From the NCBI RefSeq assembly GCF_018350175.1, contig NC_058368.1, forward strand, positions 162,628,001-162,692,000: 64,000 nucleotides of DNA, read 5' to 3'. The stretch's first letter is position 1. The number at the start of each line of letters is the position of its first letter. Source of the DNA: Felis catus. Its lineage: Eukaryota. Made by a program: the position numbers and the translations under genes. Positions 10,481 through 23,700 of this stretch are shown one piece after another. Under the pieces are notes generated by a model. That model made no database searches, was not told where the DNA came from, and saw nothing but the letters and a program-made list of their open reading frames with translations.

Positions 10481-12021
10481 ATATATGCCCATTTTCAAAA
10501 CAAACATAGCTGGACTATTTAATTTATTTCAGTTCTATGAACTTGACATTAACAAAAGTTCACCAGTTTCCTAGACCCAATGACAATATTATATATAGTG
10601 TTATTTTTTCTCCATTCAAACAATGAAAAAATTATAACAATATCAATACACATAATGGTTGTTAGAAGTCCTTTAACTGTCCTCTAAAAGATTTTAGCCC
10701 TAAAGCTGAGTACAATCTATGTTGAGTTCCCACACACTCTAGGCAAGGATATTATACACACCACTGCAAGTTTTAATAAAAAGTTTCCATAATGGTTCAA
10801 TGAGTGCCACACTATCCAGGCTAAATAAGAGATGCCAGACATCCAGCAGATAAAAAGAGGGTGCTTTAAAAATTTTTGTGGAAGTATAGAATGCTATGGT
10901 CTATATAAGCTTGGTGTCACTGCACCAAGCTGCTCTTCAGAAGAAATGACAGGTATCCAACCTGAATATTCACTGAGCTGCACAAACTAGATATCCTGAC
11001 CCTGCTGTGACGCTATAGTTGAGTATAATGAGAGAGCTTGGAAAAGTTGTCAAGGTTCTCTAGAATTTTGAAGAGCATACAGACTGAGACTGGAGACTTT
11101 CCAGAACTCTGAAGGAGAGTAGCTGGCTAAAGCTTCCCGTATCACAGGACAAGGAGAGAGGATATCAACGGGAGTGGCTTGCATACTCCCAGATTTGACT
11201 GGAGCAATGATGCATGAATCTAGTAGTGTTGAGTCACAATGTAAAGACTGGGCCTGGGATATTTTCCTTCCAGACCTAGGTACTCCAGTAGAAAGAATGG
11301 AGGTATAGGAGCTTAGAAGGACATATGAAAGGTTATGTGAGAAGTTATCATTGACTGCAGAAAAGAATGGTGGAATACAGAAGGATCTCCCAAGAACATA
11401 CAAAAGAGAACTAGAATCTGGCCATGTACTATGCAGAACCCACTGATAGCCAGGCTAAGTCATCCACAGAGAAGGACTATTTTTGCCCTTCCTTCTAATC
11501 TACCCTTCTCCCTATTCTGTATGGAGGAGCTCGAAACAGCAGAGTAAGCTAACATGGAGGAATCATAAGATGAACTCAAGAGAGACCATGGTCTTTCCCC
11601 CATTATTACTCTAAGAATCCTAGAAGTTAAGCCAGGAGAGGAGATTTCAGTTGGTTTAAAAATTAAAACTTTTATTTACACTGGACAGAACATTTTAAAA
11701 CTGAAAGATAAACTGCTTTAATGCTGAAAAATCACTAAAATTACAAGAGACAGTCTTGAAGTATTGGCAAAGAGATATAAGGGGATCTGGGAGAATGGAT
11801 TGTGAAAGTGACATGGGGGGGGAAGAGTAAAGCTATTTCCATATTGTAGCATATGGAGACCAGATTATTATATAAACCAGACACATAAATAAGGAAAATA
11901 ATAACACAGTTAGTCTTGTTTACATAATTGGTACTCCTGGCTTCCAATCCTCTCTGTTCTCATGTTAAGTCTCTAATCATTCCCCAGACTAGAAAAAGCA
12001 TCCATTTAAAACAACCTGTGT

Positions 12022-12245
12022 GGGGGGCACCTGGGTGTCTCAGTTGGTTAAACATCTGACTCTTGGTTTTGGCTCAGGTCATGCTCACATGGTTCATGGA
12101 TTCCAGCCCTGCATTGGGCTCTGTGCTGACAATGCAGAGCCTGCTTGAGATTCTTTCTCTTTCCCTCTCTCTTTGCCCCTCCCCCACTTGTGCTGTCTCC
12201 ATCTCTCTCAAAATAAATAAATAAATTTAAATCAAAAAATAAGAG
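12022..12245 (+). mobile_element. SINEC
   Basis: ggggcacctgggtg head, CT tract, A-rich tail; approximate TSD aaaac(a)acctgtgtg. Confidence 0.95.
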
Positions 12246-12616
12246 AAAAACACCTGTGTGTGTCAATAGTCTCTAGTACCCACCCATAGACCAGCACCTG
12301 GCCCACATAAGGTTTTTATTGGGTTGGTGGGAAAAGAGAATAAATAAAGATGATATGGTATATTTTATTTAATTTAAATTACTATAATATATTCTCCTTC
12401 CTGCTTATTTTTAAATATTAATTATTTTCAAAAATGATAATATGGAAGAGTAAGAGGAAATTTTGCTTGTTTCTTTAAAAATAGTTTTTGGTTAAAATTA
12501 AAAATTGACATTTCTATATATAATACCACACCATTTTTATTGTTATTGTTTCACAAAGTCCTCTTGAGCCTAATTTCCACTACTTAACATTTTTCCATTT
12601 TCATTTTGGTTATTTA

Positions 12617-12617
<1 letters not shown>

Positions 12618-12655
<38 letters not shown>
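12618..12655. repeat. (CA)n microsatellite
   Basis: Read directly. Confidence 0.95.
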
Positions 12656-12656
<1 letters not shown>

Positions 12657-12940
12657 TTAATTTGGTGTTATAATAAAATAGAAGCAAGTGTTGAATAAAA
12701 TGTTGGTGTTGAATAAAATAGAAGCAAGGATCAATGTTATAGATTTCAATGATAACATAAATAGGCTATTTCTTACCTCCAAGAAATAAATTTGAAGGTT
12801 AATCTCACCATATAGTAAACTTATGTCCACCCTATTTCCTCTAACACAAGATTCCCAATCTTCGTTGGCCTATCCTCACATTACAGAATTCTCTGTAGCA
12901 TATTTACACTCCATTTCTACATTTAACATAATCATTTGAT

Positions 12941-13146
12941 GGGGCATGTTGGTGGCTTAGTCGGTTAACCATCTGACCTTTGCTCAGGTCATGATCTCAT
13001 GGTCTGTGTGTTAGAGCCCAGCATTAGGCTCTGTGCTGACAGCTCAGAGCCTGGAACTTGCTTCAGATTCTGTGTCTCCCTCTCTCTCTGCCTCTCCCCA
13101 TCTCTCTCTCAAAAATCAATAGGCATTTTTTTTTAATTAAAAAAAA
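12941..13146 (+). mobile_element. SINEC
   Basis: SINEC body; TSD ataatcatttg on both sides. Confidence 0.93.
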
Positions 13147-13708
13147 TAATCATTTGGATGAGTACCTAATACCATGTTTAGAGTGATCCAGTTCTGATTC
13201 CACAGAAAACATTTTACTTCAAGGAGAAATTTTGATTAAAAATTCTTATGTCACTCTCCTACAACACGTTACATTTTACCTTCACTTCCCAGATACAATG
13301 ACATTTTTTTTTCTTTGAGCACAAGCTATATAATTGATTATTTCAGAGAAAACTGAATCATACAGTGTTGAATGAGTCACTTTCAAAAACAAAGACCAAG
13401 TAGTTACAGCTCTCATTTTTGTTTCCACCAGCACATCATAACCCAGTGATTGATGTCATTATACCTTGTTTATGATGCTGAAGTGGGTTGAAGAAGCAAA
13501 AAACAAAATTAAATTGAATTGACATTTGTAAATGCATAGTCTTTAATAGAATCCAGTTGTCCCTATTGTCCATGGGTACATGATGCACTGTGCACTGTTT
13601 CTATTTTCCTAAAGGGAATGGTTTCCTTTCGTCCAGTCCCCAATTATAATTTCCACATTCAATGACCAACTCAAGATTTCTTTTAAAAAGCTATTTTGAG
13701 GGGGGTGG

Positions 13709-13817
13709 GGGCACTGTGCTGGGTGGCTCAGTTGGTTAAACCTCCGACTCCTGATTTCAGCTCAGGTCATGATCTCAGGATTTGCTGTCAGCACAGAGCC
13801 TGCTCCTCCCCTCTATT

Positions 13818-13862
<45 letters not shown>

Positions 13863-13900
13863 CATATGTACACACTCTCTCTCAGAAATATATACTTTTT
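13709..13900 (+). mobile_element. Rearranged SINEC with an internal deletion and an inverted (GA)n tract
   Basis: Plus-strand head 'tgggtggctcagttggttaa...caggtcatgatctc', then 'tatttttgagagagag', which is a reverse-oriented SINE tail motif. Confidence 0.8.
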
Positions 13901-14109
13901 TTTAAAGGCTATCTCTATCTATTCCAGTGTTCAATGACGTACTTCTCTTTAATTCCTCAGCATTTGTAATTTGTGCCACACACAGATCTATAATTCATCA
14001 GGGATTGTTTCATGCATGTTGAGTTATCTCCACAAATACAAGGTGAAGTTTTGTTTTGGGGTTCTGTTTGTCTGGACAAAAAATGAAACTTTTTTCTTAA
14101 TCCCCATAT

Positions 14110-14335
14110 ATAGCAGTTTAGCAGAGGAGTGAGTACACATACTCTAGAGTCAGTCGACCAAGATCTGGATTCTGCTTGTAACAAATGCTAAGTGTGTGGC
14201 GTTAGATAAGTCACTTAACCTTTCTGAATCTCACTTTCCTTTTATGTAAGATGGGCGCTAACATAATTTCTGCTTCTTAGGTTTGTTATAAAGTTTAAAT
14301 GAACAAACTGTCAGGCAGAGTGTCTGACATTGAAT
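14110..14335 (+). mobile_element. MIR SINE
   Basis: MIR core 'aagtcacttaacctttctgaatctcactttcc...tgtaagatggg'. Confidence 0.85.
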
Positions 14336-14769
14336 CATCAACCCCCACTAAAAGCTTCTTTGTTGTCTTCCTCTGTTGCCCCATAGAGCCTAACATAATC
14401 TTGATGACCTAAGAGTTATTTGGTAATCATTGAATTCCGTATTTTTAAAATATTCTAAAATATTTCACAAATGTATTCAATCTTACCCACCCCAGCCCAC
14501 TTCCATCAGACCACTGAATGGAGCCTTCATTCATCCACTGTTACTACCAGTATCTCTTTTGTCTTCCTTATCAAAAACTCAATCTTCCCCCCTCTACCTC
14601 CTTTTAAAAAGTTGGTAAGTTTGGTACCAGCTCTTGATTTATTATCTCTCAGCTCCAGATTCACCCTCTTGGCTTCTTCAGGGAAATTAATATTGACCCT
14701 TCAAATATTTTTTTCCTTCGCCAACTGGCACCAAACTTCAACATTAGAGGGCATTTCAGCCCCAAAGGA

Positions 14770-15065
14770 TTTTGCGTCCTGGTGCCCGTGCACCTCCTGG
14801 GCACACCCGTACCCGGCTCTTGTAGTACACAGAGGCCAGATGTGCTCTGAGACCAGCAGCTTCCAGTATTCACCAGTGGACAGTCCCAAGAAGAATGAGT
14901 CAATGGGACAGTGCCCTTAGAAAAGCATCTTCAAGCACCTGTAAGGCACATTTCCAGCAACTTCTACAATAAATTACTAGTCATCCAGTGATCCTGGGTT
15001 GTGCTTTCTCCATTCAGGCCTGGATCTCATCCCTCTCAGGAGGGAGAGAGTAGGGCTCTTCCTTG
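14770..15065. mobile_element. Old ERVL-type LTR (LTR41-like), left piece
   Basis: 'catccagtga...ctggatctca...gggctcttcct' continues after the insertion as 'gagtgctctatctcagccc'; family name from memory. Confidence 0.5.
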
Positions 15066-16014
15066 TGATGGCGTTTTGGGGTGATGGTGGGGGTTTGGAG
15101 CCAATGGCCAAGAAAGAATTCTTGAAGACATCTTTGGTGCAAAAAAAAGGGGGGATTTTATTAAAGCACAGGGACAGGACCCATGGGCAGGAAGAACTGT
15201 GCTGGGATTGTGAGGGGTGACTGATTATATACCCTCAGGTTGGGACGGGGTTAGGGACACTGTAAGTCTCTAAGGAATTTTGGAAGCAAGAATTCCAGGA
15301 CCTTGAGAGGTTAGTTGTTGTTAGGAAAACATCCTTTATTACTGTTTGGTAAAACCTCAGTCATGAGACACTTCAGTTAAATGTTAGGGGCTATCTGTTT
15401 GGAGTATAATTGCTAACATATACTTGGATGCTAAAGGAGGTTTGCAAAGGAATTTTTATGTATTTAAGAAGACTCACAAGATCCTGGGGAGGAGGGGTCA
15501 TGATAATGTTAAGCCAAGATTCCATTTTGCACCTAGCAAAGTGTCATCACTGAGGCAACTGAGCTCCTAGAGGAAGGTCACTCTGCTGGTTTCAAGGACT
15601 TGTCAATGGGCTGTAGGCCAATTATTGTAGGCAGTAAGGGAATTTAATTTTTCATTTGGTTTTGTTTCCCTCATCACTATGGCAAGCACTTAAACCCCCT
15701 TACATCTTGATTAGGGTGATAGTAGAGCTCCAGGAAACAGAGTCCATAGGTTTCTGGAGCTTAGGCTATGGATAAGATTGCCTTTTTCTTTTAGTTTACT
15801 AAGTTATCTGAAAACTGAAGGAGACTCGTGTCCTGCATGACTGTGATCTCTATCAGTCAACAATTTGTTTTCTTTCCTTTCCCCTGTTCTTGGGCAGCCA
15901 GGAGTGTCCGAGGAATAACACACATATACCACCATAGGGGTTGAGGTGGGGGGGGGGGGGGGGAGGTACTGTTAGCCAGTATTTGCCCTCAGTTTGCCCC
16001 ACAGTCTCTCATCA
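15066..16014 (-). mobile_element. Solo LTR, ~950 bp, ERV1-like, probably carnivore/felid-specific
   Basis: Termini TGAT...ATCA; 4-bp TSD cttg/cctg (one mismatch); minus-strand polyA signal (tttatt near 15157); interrupts an older LTR. Confidence 0.8.
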
Positions 16015-16201
16015 CCTGAGTGCTCTATCTCAGCCCAAAATTTAGTGACTGCTCTTTGTATGTGCTATTCCTATATTATTTATTTATATTCATATTGAAT
16101 CTCATTATTTCCCTCTGTAATTAGAGTTAATAATACTTTATATTAAACTTTCCCTCTTCAAATTATAGTTTCTGTCCCCTATTGGACCTTAGGTTGACAC
16201 A
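16015..16201. mobile_element. Old ERVL-type LTR (LTR41-like), right piece
   Basis: 'tgctctatctcagccc...tgctattcctatatt...ttcaaatta...gacaca' ends in CA. Confidence 0.5.
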
Positions 16202-17971
16202 GTCCCTCATATTTTACTTTAGCAATAAATTCCAGATCATTGTTTTTGCTTTTTCCACGATATAAAATCATTAATGACAAGTATGAGGTATTATATACAC
16301 TATATACATGTATAATATGCATGTAATATATACACTTATATACACAGTTAAATAAGAGAAAGTTGACAATTCTCTAAAAGAAAAAGTAGTCAAAATGGTA
16401 GTCAATATGAAAGTAGTTTAATTCTAAAGTATGTAGCTCATTCAAAGAATAAAATAACCACCTCTATTTTGTATTTTTTGTCACAAGTAGACATTTATCT
16501 TTTTGAATACTGAACCACTTGCAATTTTTAAAAATAACAGCTGCTTCTAATCAGAAGTTCAGTTTTCAATAATAAATTCCAAGTAATAAGCTATAGCCCT
16601 AATAAACTGGAGCAGAGGAATCAGATTCTAAGTGCAAATGAATCCACAAAACTTCGATTTCCTGCTTGAAGGTGGAGAGAAAAGAAAAGGGAAGAAAAAG
16701 AGCAGGAGAAGAAAAGTAAATAGAAATGGGTCTCCTATTCTCTGGGACACAACTGTTATCTGTTGATCAGAGAGTCTCTTTGTTTCCATGCTCCTTATGT
16801 TCCTTGTTTTCTACAGTTTATTTAAAAGCCCCTTCAAGTAGGTTTTTCATCCCAACAATATGTAATGCAACCCTTTTCTGAAACTTCTGAAATAAAATTA
16901 TATGTAAAGAAAACACTTGCTTTCCTCTTTTTTTGTGTGTGTTAAATTTAAAAGAGCAGTAGGCTTAAAGTATGGGTTGTGTTGCTTTGATGTTTTGCCT
17001 TTTTCCACCCATCATTTGCCACACAAACTCTCCCAAAGGTATATTCTTTCATTTCCAGGATGGTGAGGCCACTGGCCTTAATAAATGCATGCATCCTTCT
17101 TCATCAAATACTCTTCAATGCACCAGGAAACTGCCAGGTAACTACTATAAGGCAAAGATGCTCCTACAGTCAGAAAAATAAGGCTCCAGTGCAAAGTGGG
17201 TGGTCTAATCTTCTCTGAAGGAAATGTGTATTTCTTTTCAGAGACAGAGCAGTTCCAGTAAATATGAAATTAAAAACTGCCTGAAAGCACCACAAAATAT
17301 GCAGAGCCAGATACTGGAACAAATTCACCAACTTATTACATATTTCTGTGGTCAGATGGTTCTGAATATTCACTATCATATGTCCTTTAAATCCAACAGA
17401 ATTCTGCTGTCACACCAGTGATTTTAGTTTTTGTAAGGAAGAATGCACATACACACACAAAACAGGCAGTATCAATAAGAAAATAAAGCCATTCTAAATC
17501 AATCTATTTCCAGCCTCAAAAGGTAAATCTCTTTAGTTATCAATACAGCATTAGTTTTTCAAGCTTTCGCATTTAATGAACTTACCAAGCAGAAAAAAAA
17601 TTATAGATATTATAAAAGTTAAGAAAAAATATTGAGAAAGCCCTCTCCTCACTTTACTTGGATACATATGCCTTCAAATAATGAAAAAGTACATGATAGG
17701 AGTCCTCATAATATGGACATGGTTCCCACTGTCTTGGGGAAAGGTATTGTCAGAACAAAACCAGCCTCCATGTCTGATGGATAACTTATTCCCTAACATA
17801 TTGGGCACTAAAGATTCTGGTAGAAATACTGAAAACATTAATTAAGCGACAAGCACTAAAAATGTCCTAAAAAGGATGTTAATTTGAAACTCAAACTTTT
17901 ACTTTAAAACAGCACCCCAAGGAGAATAATTTGACTCACAAACCAATATGACACTTTTCTGCACATGGCGG

Positions 17972-18180
17972 TTTTTTTTGTTTTTTTTTAATAAAGTTTG
18001 TTTTTTGAGAGAGACAGAGTGTGGAAAGGGCAAAGAGAGAAGGAGACACAGAATCTGACACAGGCTCCAGGTTCTGAGCTGTCAGCACAGAGCCTGCCTC
18101 GGGGCTTGTACTCACAAATCATGAGATCATGACCTGGGCCGAAGTTGGACACTCAACTGACTGAGCCACTCAAGTGCCCC
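17972..18180 (-). mobile_element. SINEC
   Basis: Reverse-complement SINEC ending 'gagccactcaagtgcccc'; acatggc flanks both sides. Confidence 0.95.
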
Positions 18181-18619
18181 TGAACATGGCATTTTAACTG
18201 AACTTTGCAGATCAGGTGAGTCCCTCCACCCTACAGCCACACCCACAGATGGCATGTGTTTATTTTAAAGGATTTTTTCAAATATATTTTGAAATATCTA
18301 TACCTGGTGAAGATACAAATGCCAAGTTAATATACAAACAAATAGTACTTGCATTTAATGTAACAGAGCCAGCTGTTATTATGGTTAAATATTTTTGTCA
18401 GAAAACATGAAGTTAGATTTGAACAGAAGCTCAAAATAATAAAACTCACTTTAACAATACAAAGTATACATTATCAATTCTCTGCTTACTGGGTTTTTAT
18501 TGTTATTTTTCTGCTTCTCTATCTTTTAATGTCAGAGTTCCTTTGTAAATATTCATCAGGATTATTTCCAGAGTCTTATTTGCCCACTCAGGTACACGGC
18601 AATAAAACAGAGGGCTCAA

Positions 18620-18804
18620 GGGGTGCCTGGGTGGCTCAGTTGGCTAAATGTTCGACTCTTAATTTCAGCTCCTCATGATCTCACAGTTCGTGAGTTTGAG
18701 CCCCTTCTCAGGCTCTGCAATAACAGTGTGGAGCCTGCTTGGGATTATGTGTTTCCTCCCTCTCTGCCCATGCCCTGCTTATTCCCTCTCTCTCTCTGTC
18801 TCTT

Positions 18805-18862
<58 letters not shown>

Positions 18863-18888
18863 CTCTCAAAACTAAACAAATGTAAAGA
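18620..18888 (+). mobile_element. SINEC with expanded (CT)n
   Basis: SINEC head; TSD aaaacagaggg(c/t)tcaag. Confidence 0.95.
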
Positions 18889-19099
18889 AAAACAGAGGGT
18901 TCAAGTTGGGCCACTTGCTAGTCAGACTCAAATTTAACATGGCTTGTTTTAAGAAAGGCAGGTATCTGTTATGAGTATACCAAAATCAGAAATTTGTATG
19001 AGATATTCTGATTATCAGCTATTTATAAGTTCCTACTACTATATACTGAGATGTATAATTTTGGATTGATACAAAAATAAATAATGCATTTTCATGTTT

Positions 19100-19690
19100 A
19101 ATATGGTTTCCTGTCCTCAAGTACATCCGACTGGTGGCAGTGACTAGGATGTAAATAGACAACAGTAATTGTGCCATATTTTCACGGTTAGTTCCATAGG
19201 AGGCATGGGGTTGGCGATGTCAGCCATCTATGAAGAAAACATTTGAGTCAGACATGTAGGAGCCCACCAGGCAAAAAAGGGGATTCAGGGAACAAGGAAT
19301 AAGTATAAAAAGCCCTAAAACAAGTTCAAGAATTCAAGTGATTGTCAAAAGTTAGGTAGCTAGGACAGGAGTGTAGGGAATAAGGTCATGAGACATGGAA
19401 CATGAGGTGGGAGAAGCAGAGCAAGGACAACATCATGGAGGCCCTGAAAGGGAAGCTGCCTTTTTGTCCATAGGGGCCGCTGACAGGTGGCTCAGGGAGT
19501 CAGGGAGACCACATAAGCATGTTAAAATCAGCAAATTCACACGTCACAGTGTTTACAGTACAATGAAGAAGGTCAAGGAGAGCAGTTTGGAAGCCCTTCT
19601 GTAATCTTGATGCAAGATGTTGAGGGTTGAAATTGGCATAGGGGCTGATATTAAAGTAAGCAACAGATAGAAGAGACATCAACCCAGATT
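19100..19690 (-). mobile_element. L2 fragment
   Basis: Degenerate purine-rich L2 3'-region pattern. Confidence 0.55.
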
Positions 19691-20719
19691 AATTTCCACC
19701 CTATTAATGACCTAAATATCCTAAAATTACAGATGTATGTATCTTGGGAAACAAGAGGGAAAAGAAAGCACCTGAAAATTCACAGAAAATATGATTACAA
19801 TACTGAATGTATGAAATGTTTTATTGTCACTCGTCATTCTTACAAGCCCCTAATACAAACTAAAGAGAATCCTGTGTGTGCTACTTCTGACCCTCTCAAT
19901 TTTCTAGAAAGACTTGGTAAGTTTCCCCGAGATGTCTCTGTTATTTCTTCCACAGTTAAAATCAAATTTTTACCAAATTCACAATGCAATATCATAAAAA
20001 AATAAATTAAAAAACACTATTATCATTCAGGTTTTTAATTGGTCATGAGTTTACTCAAAAGTTGCCCATATATTTCTAACAAAAAAATTGTCTCTATATA
20101 AATATATTGTGCATTAGACTGTTTAAATTTTGATATCAGATTAAAATATTCCGAGTTATATCATTTTTTGTCATATTCTTCTTTCTTCTTGATTTGCTGA
20201 TGAGTAAGGAAAGATTGCTTTTCATAAATAAAGAGCTATTGAATTTGCAATACGTTTTATTTTTTTCCACTTTCCTTCCATTATACAGAAATCATTTAAA
20301 TAAGCTACATCTGTAATGAGAACTGCCAATCAGAGTTAAATTCATTTAACCATCAGGTTGCAGAAATTTAAAATCTACCAACAAAGCCAAATATCCAGCT
20401 TAATGGAATTAAAACTATCTTATACTATAATTGGGAATAAGTGAGGGCTATTTACTGAGAAATAAAAAAATGAATGTCCTGTGAGCTGAATTCAATATGA
20501 TTATAAATCCGCATCACTGAGTCTTTGTGTTGATGCTTTGATGCAGAGTATAGCATCCACATTAGCCCATGTTTTAGGCAGAAATAGTCCATTTAGTATA
20601 GCAATGTGAACACTGTATCCTGTTTTCAAGATGATGTCACTCTTGAATGTTCATCTCTTTTTTGTTTACTAAACCTAATTTTATTTTATTTATTTGTTTT
20701 GACTCAGTAAATATTTTGC

Positions 20720-23700
20720 TTATTTTATTTTTTAATATTAAATATAATTTGTTGTCAAATTAGTTTCCATACAACACCCAGTGCTCATCCCAACAGGTGC
20801 CCTTCTCAGTGCCCATCACCCACTTTCCCCTCTCCCCCACCACCCATCAACCTTCAGTTCTCAGTATTTAAGAGTCTCTTATGGTTTGCTGCCTTCCCTC
20901 TCTGTAACTTTTTCTCTTTTGCCCCCTTCCTCCCACATGGACTTCTGTTAAGCTTCTCAGGATCCACATATGAGTGAAAACATATGATATCTGTCTTTCT
21001 CTGCCTGACTTATTTCACTTAACATAATACTCTCAAGTGCCATCCATGTTGCTGCAAATGGCCAGATTTCATTCTTTCTCTTTACCAAGTAGTATTCAAT
21101 TGTATATATAAACCACATCTTCTTTATCCATTTGTCAGCCGATAGACATTTAGGCTCTTTCCATAATTTGGCTATTGTTGAAAGTGCTGCTATAAACATT
21201 GGGGTAAAAGTGTTCCTATGCCTCAGCACTCCTGTATCCCTTGGGTAAATTCCTAACGGTGCTACTGCTGGGTCATAGGGTAGGTCTATTTTTAATTTTT
21301 TGAGGAACATCCACTCTGTCTTCCACTTCGGCTGCACCAGTTTGCATTCCCACCAATAGTGCAAGAGGGTTCCCATTTCTCCACATCCTCTCCAGCATCT
21401 ATAGTCTGCTGATTGGTTTATTTTAGCCACTCTGAGTGGCATGAGGTGATATCTCAGTATGCTGTTGATGTGTATTTCCCTGATGAGGAGTGATATTGAA
21501 TATCTTTCCATGTACCTGTTGGCCATCTAGTTGTCTTCTTTAGAAAAGTGTCTATTCATGTCTTCTGCGCATTTCTTCACTGGATTATTTTTTTAGGTGT
21601 GGAGTTTGGTGAGCTCTTTATACACTTTGGATACTAGACCTTTGTCCAATGTGTCATTTGGAAATATCTTTTCCCATTCCGTCAGTTGCCTTTTAGTTTT
21701 GTTGATTGTTTCCTTTGCAGTGCAGCAGCTTTTTATCTTGATGAGGTCCCAATAGTTCAATTTTGCTTTTAATTCCCTTGCCTTTGGAGATATGTCAAGT
21801 AAGAAATTGCTGAGGCTGAGGTCAGAGAGGTTTTTTCCTGCTTTCTCCTCTAGGGTTGTGATGGTTTCCTGTCTCACATTCAGGTCCCTTATCCATTTTG
21901 AGTTTATTTTTGTGAATGGTGTAAGAAAGTGGTCTAGCTTCATTCCTCTGCATGTTGCTATCCAGTTCTCCCAGACTGTCTTTTTTCCATTGGATATTCT
22001 TTCCTGCTTTGCCAAAGTTTAGTTGGCCATACATTTGTGGGTCCAATTCTGGAGTCTCTATTCTATTCCATTGGTCTATGTGTCTGTTTTTGTGTCACTA
22101 TACTATACTGTCTTAATGATTACAGCTTTGTAGTAAAGGCTAAGGTCTGGGATTGTGATGCCTCCTGCTTTGGTTTTCTTCTTCAATATTACTTTGGCTA
22201 TTCAGGGGTCTTTTGTGGTTCCATACAAAATTTAGGATTGCTTGTTCTAGCTTCAAAAAGAATGCTGGTGCAATTTTGATTGGGATTGCATTGAATGTGT
22301 AGATTGCTTTGGATACTATTGACATTTTAACAATATTTATTCTTCCAATCCATGAGCATGGAATGTTTTTCCATTTCTTTGTGTCTTCTTCAATTTGCTT
22401 CATAAGCTTTCAATAGTTTTCAGCATACAGATCTTTTACATGTTTGGTTAGGTTTATTCCTAGGTATTTTATGAATCTTGGTGCAATTGTGATTGGTATC
22501 ATTTTCTTTATTTGCCTTTCTGTTGCTTCATTATTGGTGCATAAAAATGAAATTGATTTCTGTACATGAATTTTGTATCCTGAAACTTTGCTGAATTAAT
22601 ATATCAGTTCTATCAGACTTTTGGTGGAGTCTATCGGGTTTTATATGTAGAGTATCATGTCATCTGCAAAGGGTGAAAGCTCGACTTCATCTTTGCCAGT
22701 TTTGTTGCCTTCGATTTCATTTTGTTGTCTTATTTCTGATGCTAGAACTTCCAACACTATGTTAAACAACAGTCGTAAGAGTGGACGTCTCTATCGTGTT
22801 CCTGATCTCAGGGGGAAAGCTCTCAGTTTTTCCCCATTGAGGATGATATTGGCTGTGGGTTATTCATAAATGGCTTTTATCATGTTTAAGTATGTTCCTG
22901 CTATCCCAACTTTCTCGAGGACTTTTATTAAGAAAGGATGCTGAATTTTGTCAAATGCTTTTTCTGCATCAATTGACAGGATCATATCGTTATCTTTTCT
23001 TTTATTAATGTGATGTATCACATTGATTGATTTGAGAATATTGAACCAGCTATACAGCCCAGGAATGAATCCCACTTGATCATGGTGAATAATTCTTTAT
23101 ATATGCTGTTGAATTCAATTTGCTAGTATCTTGTTGAGAATTTTTGCATCCATATTCATCAGGGAAGGATACTCGCCTGTAGATCTCTTTTTTTGCTGGG
23201 TCTCTGTCTGGTTTGGGAATCAAAGTAACGCTGGCTTCATACAATGAACCTGGAAGTTTTCCTTCCCTTTCTATTTTTTGGAACAGCTTGAGAAGGATAG
23301 GTATTAACTCTGCTTTAAATGTGTGGTAGAATTCCCCAGGGAAGCCATCTGTTCCAGGACTCTTTTTGTTAGAGTTTTGGTAACTGATTCAATTTCTTCA
23401 CCAGTTATGGGTCTGTTCAAATTTTCTATTTCTTCCCATTTGAGTTTTGGAAGTGTGTGGGTGCTTAGGAATTTGTTCATTTCTTCCAGGTTGTCCAGTT
23501 TGTTGGCATATAATTTTTCATAGTATTCCCGGATAATTGCATGTATTTCTGAGGGACTGGTTGTAATAAGTCCACTTTAGTTAGTGATTTTATCTATTTT
23601 GGTCCTCTCTCTTTTCTTTTTAAGAAGCCTGGCTAGAGGTTTATCAATTTTGTTTATTTTTGCAAAAACAAAAACTCCTAGTTTCACTGATCTGTTCTGT

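Noticed and set aside
10820..11860. Possible ancient LTR and ORF 11050..11403
   Set aside because: Composition is suggestive, but I cannot assign a family or termini, and the ORF has no recognisable homology.
12664..12728. Short tandem duplication (ggtgtt..aataaaatagaagcaag x2); similar ones at 32530-32556 and 39488-39540
   Set aside because: Ordinary slippage duplications with no sign of function.
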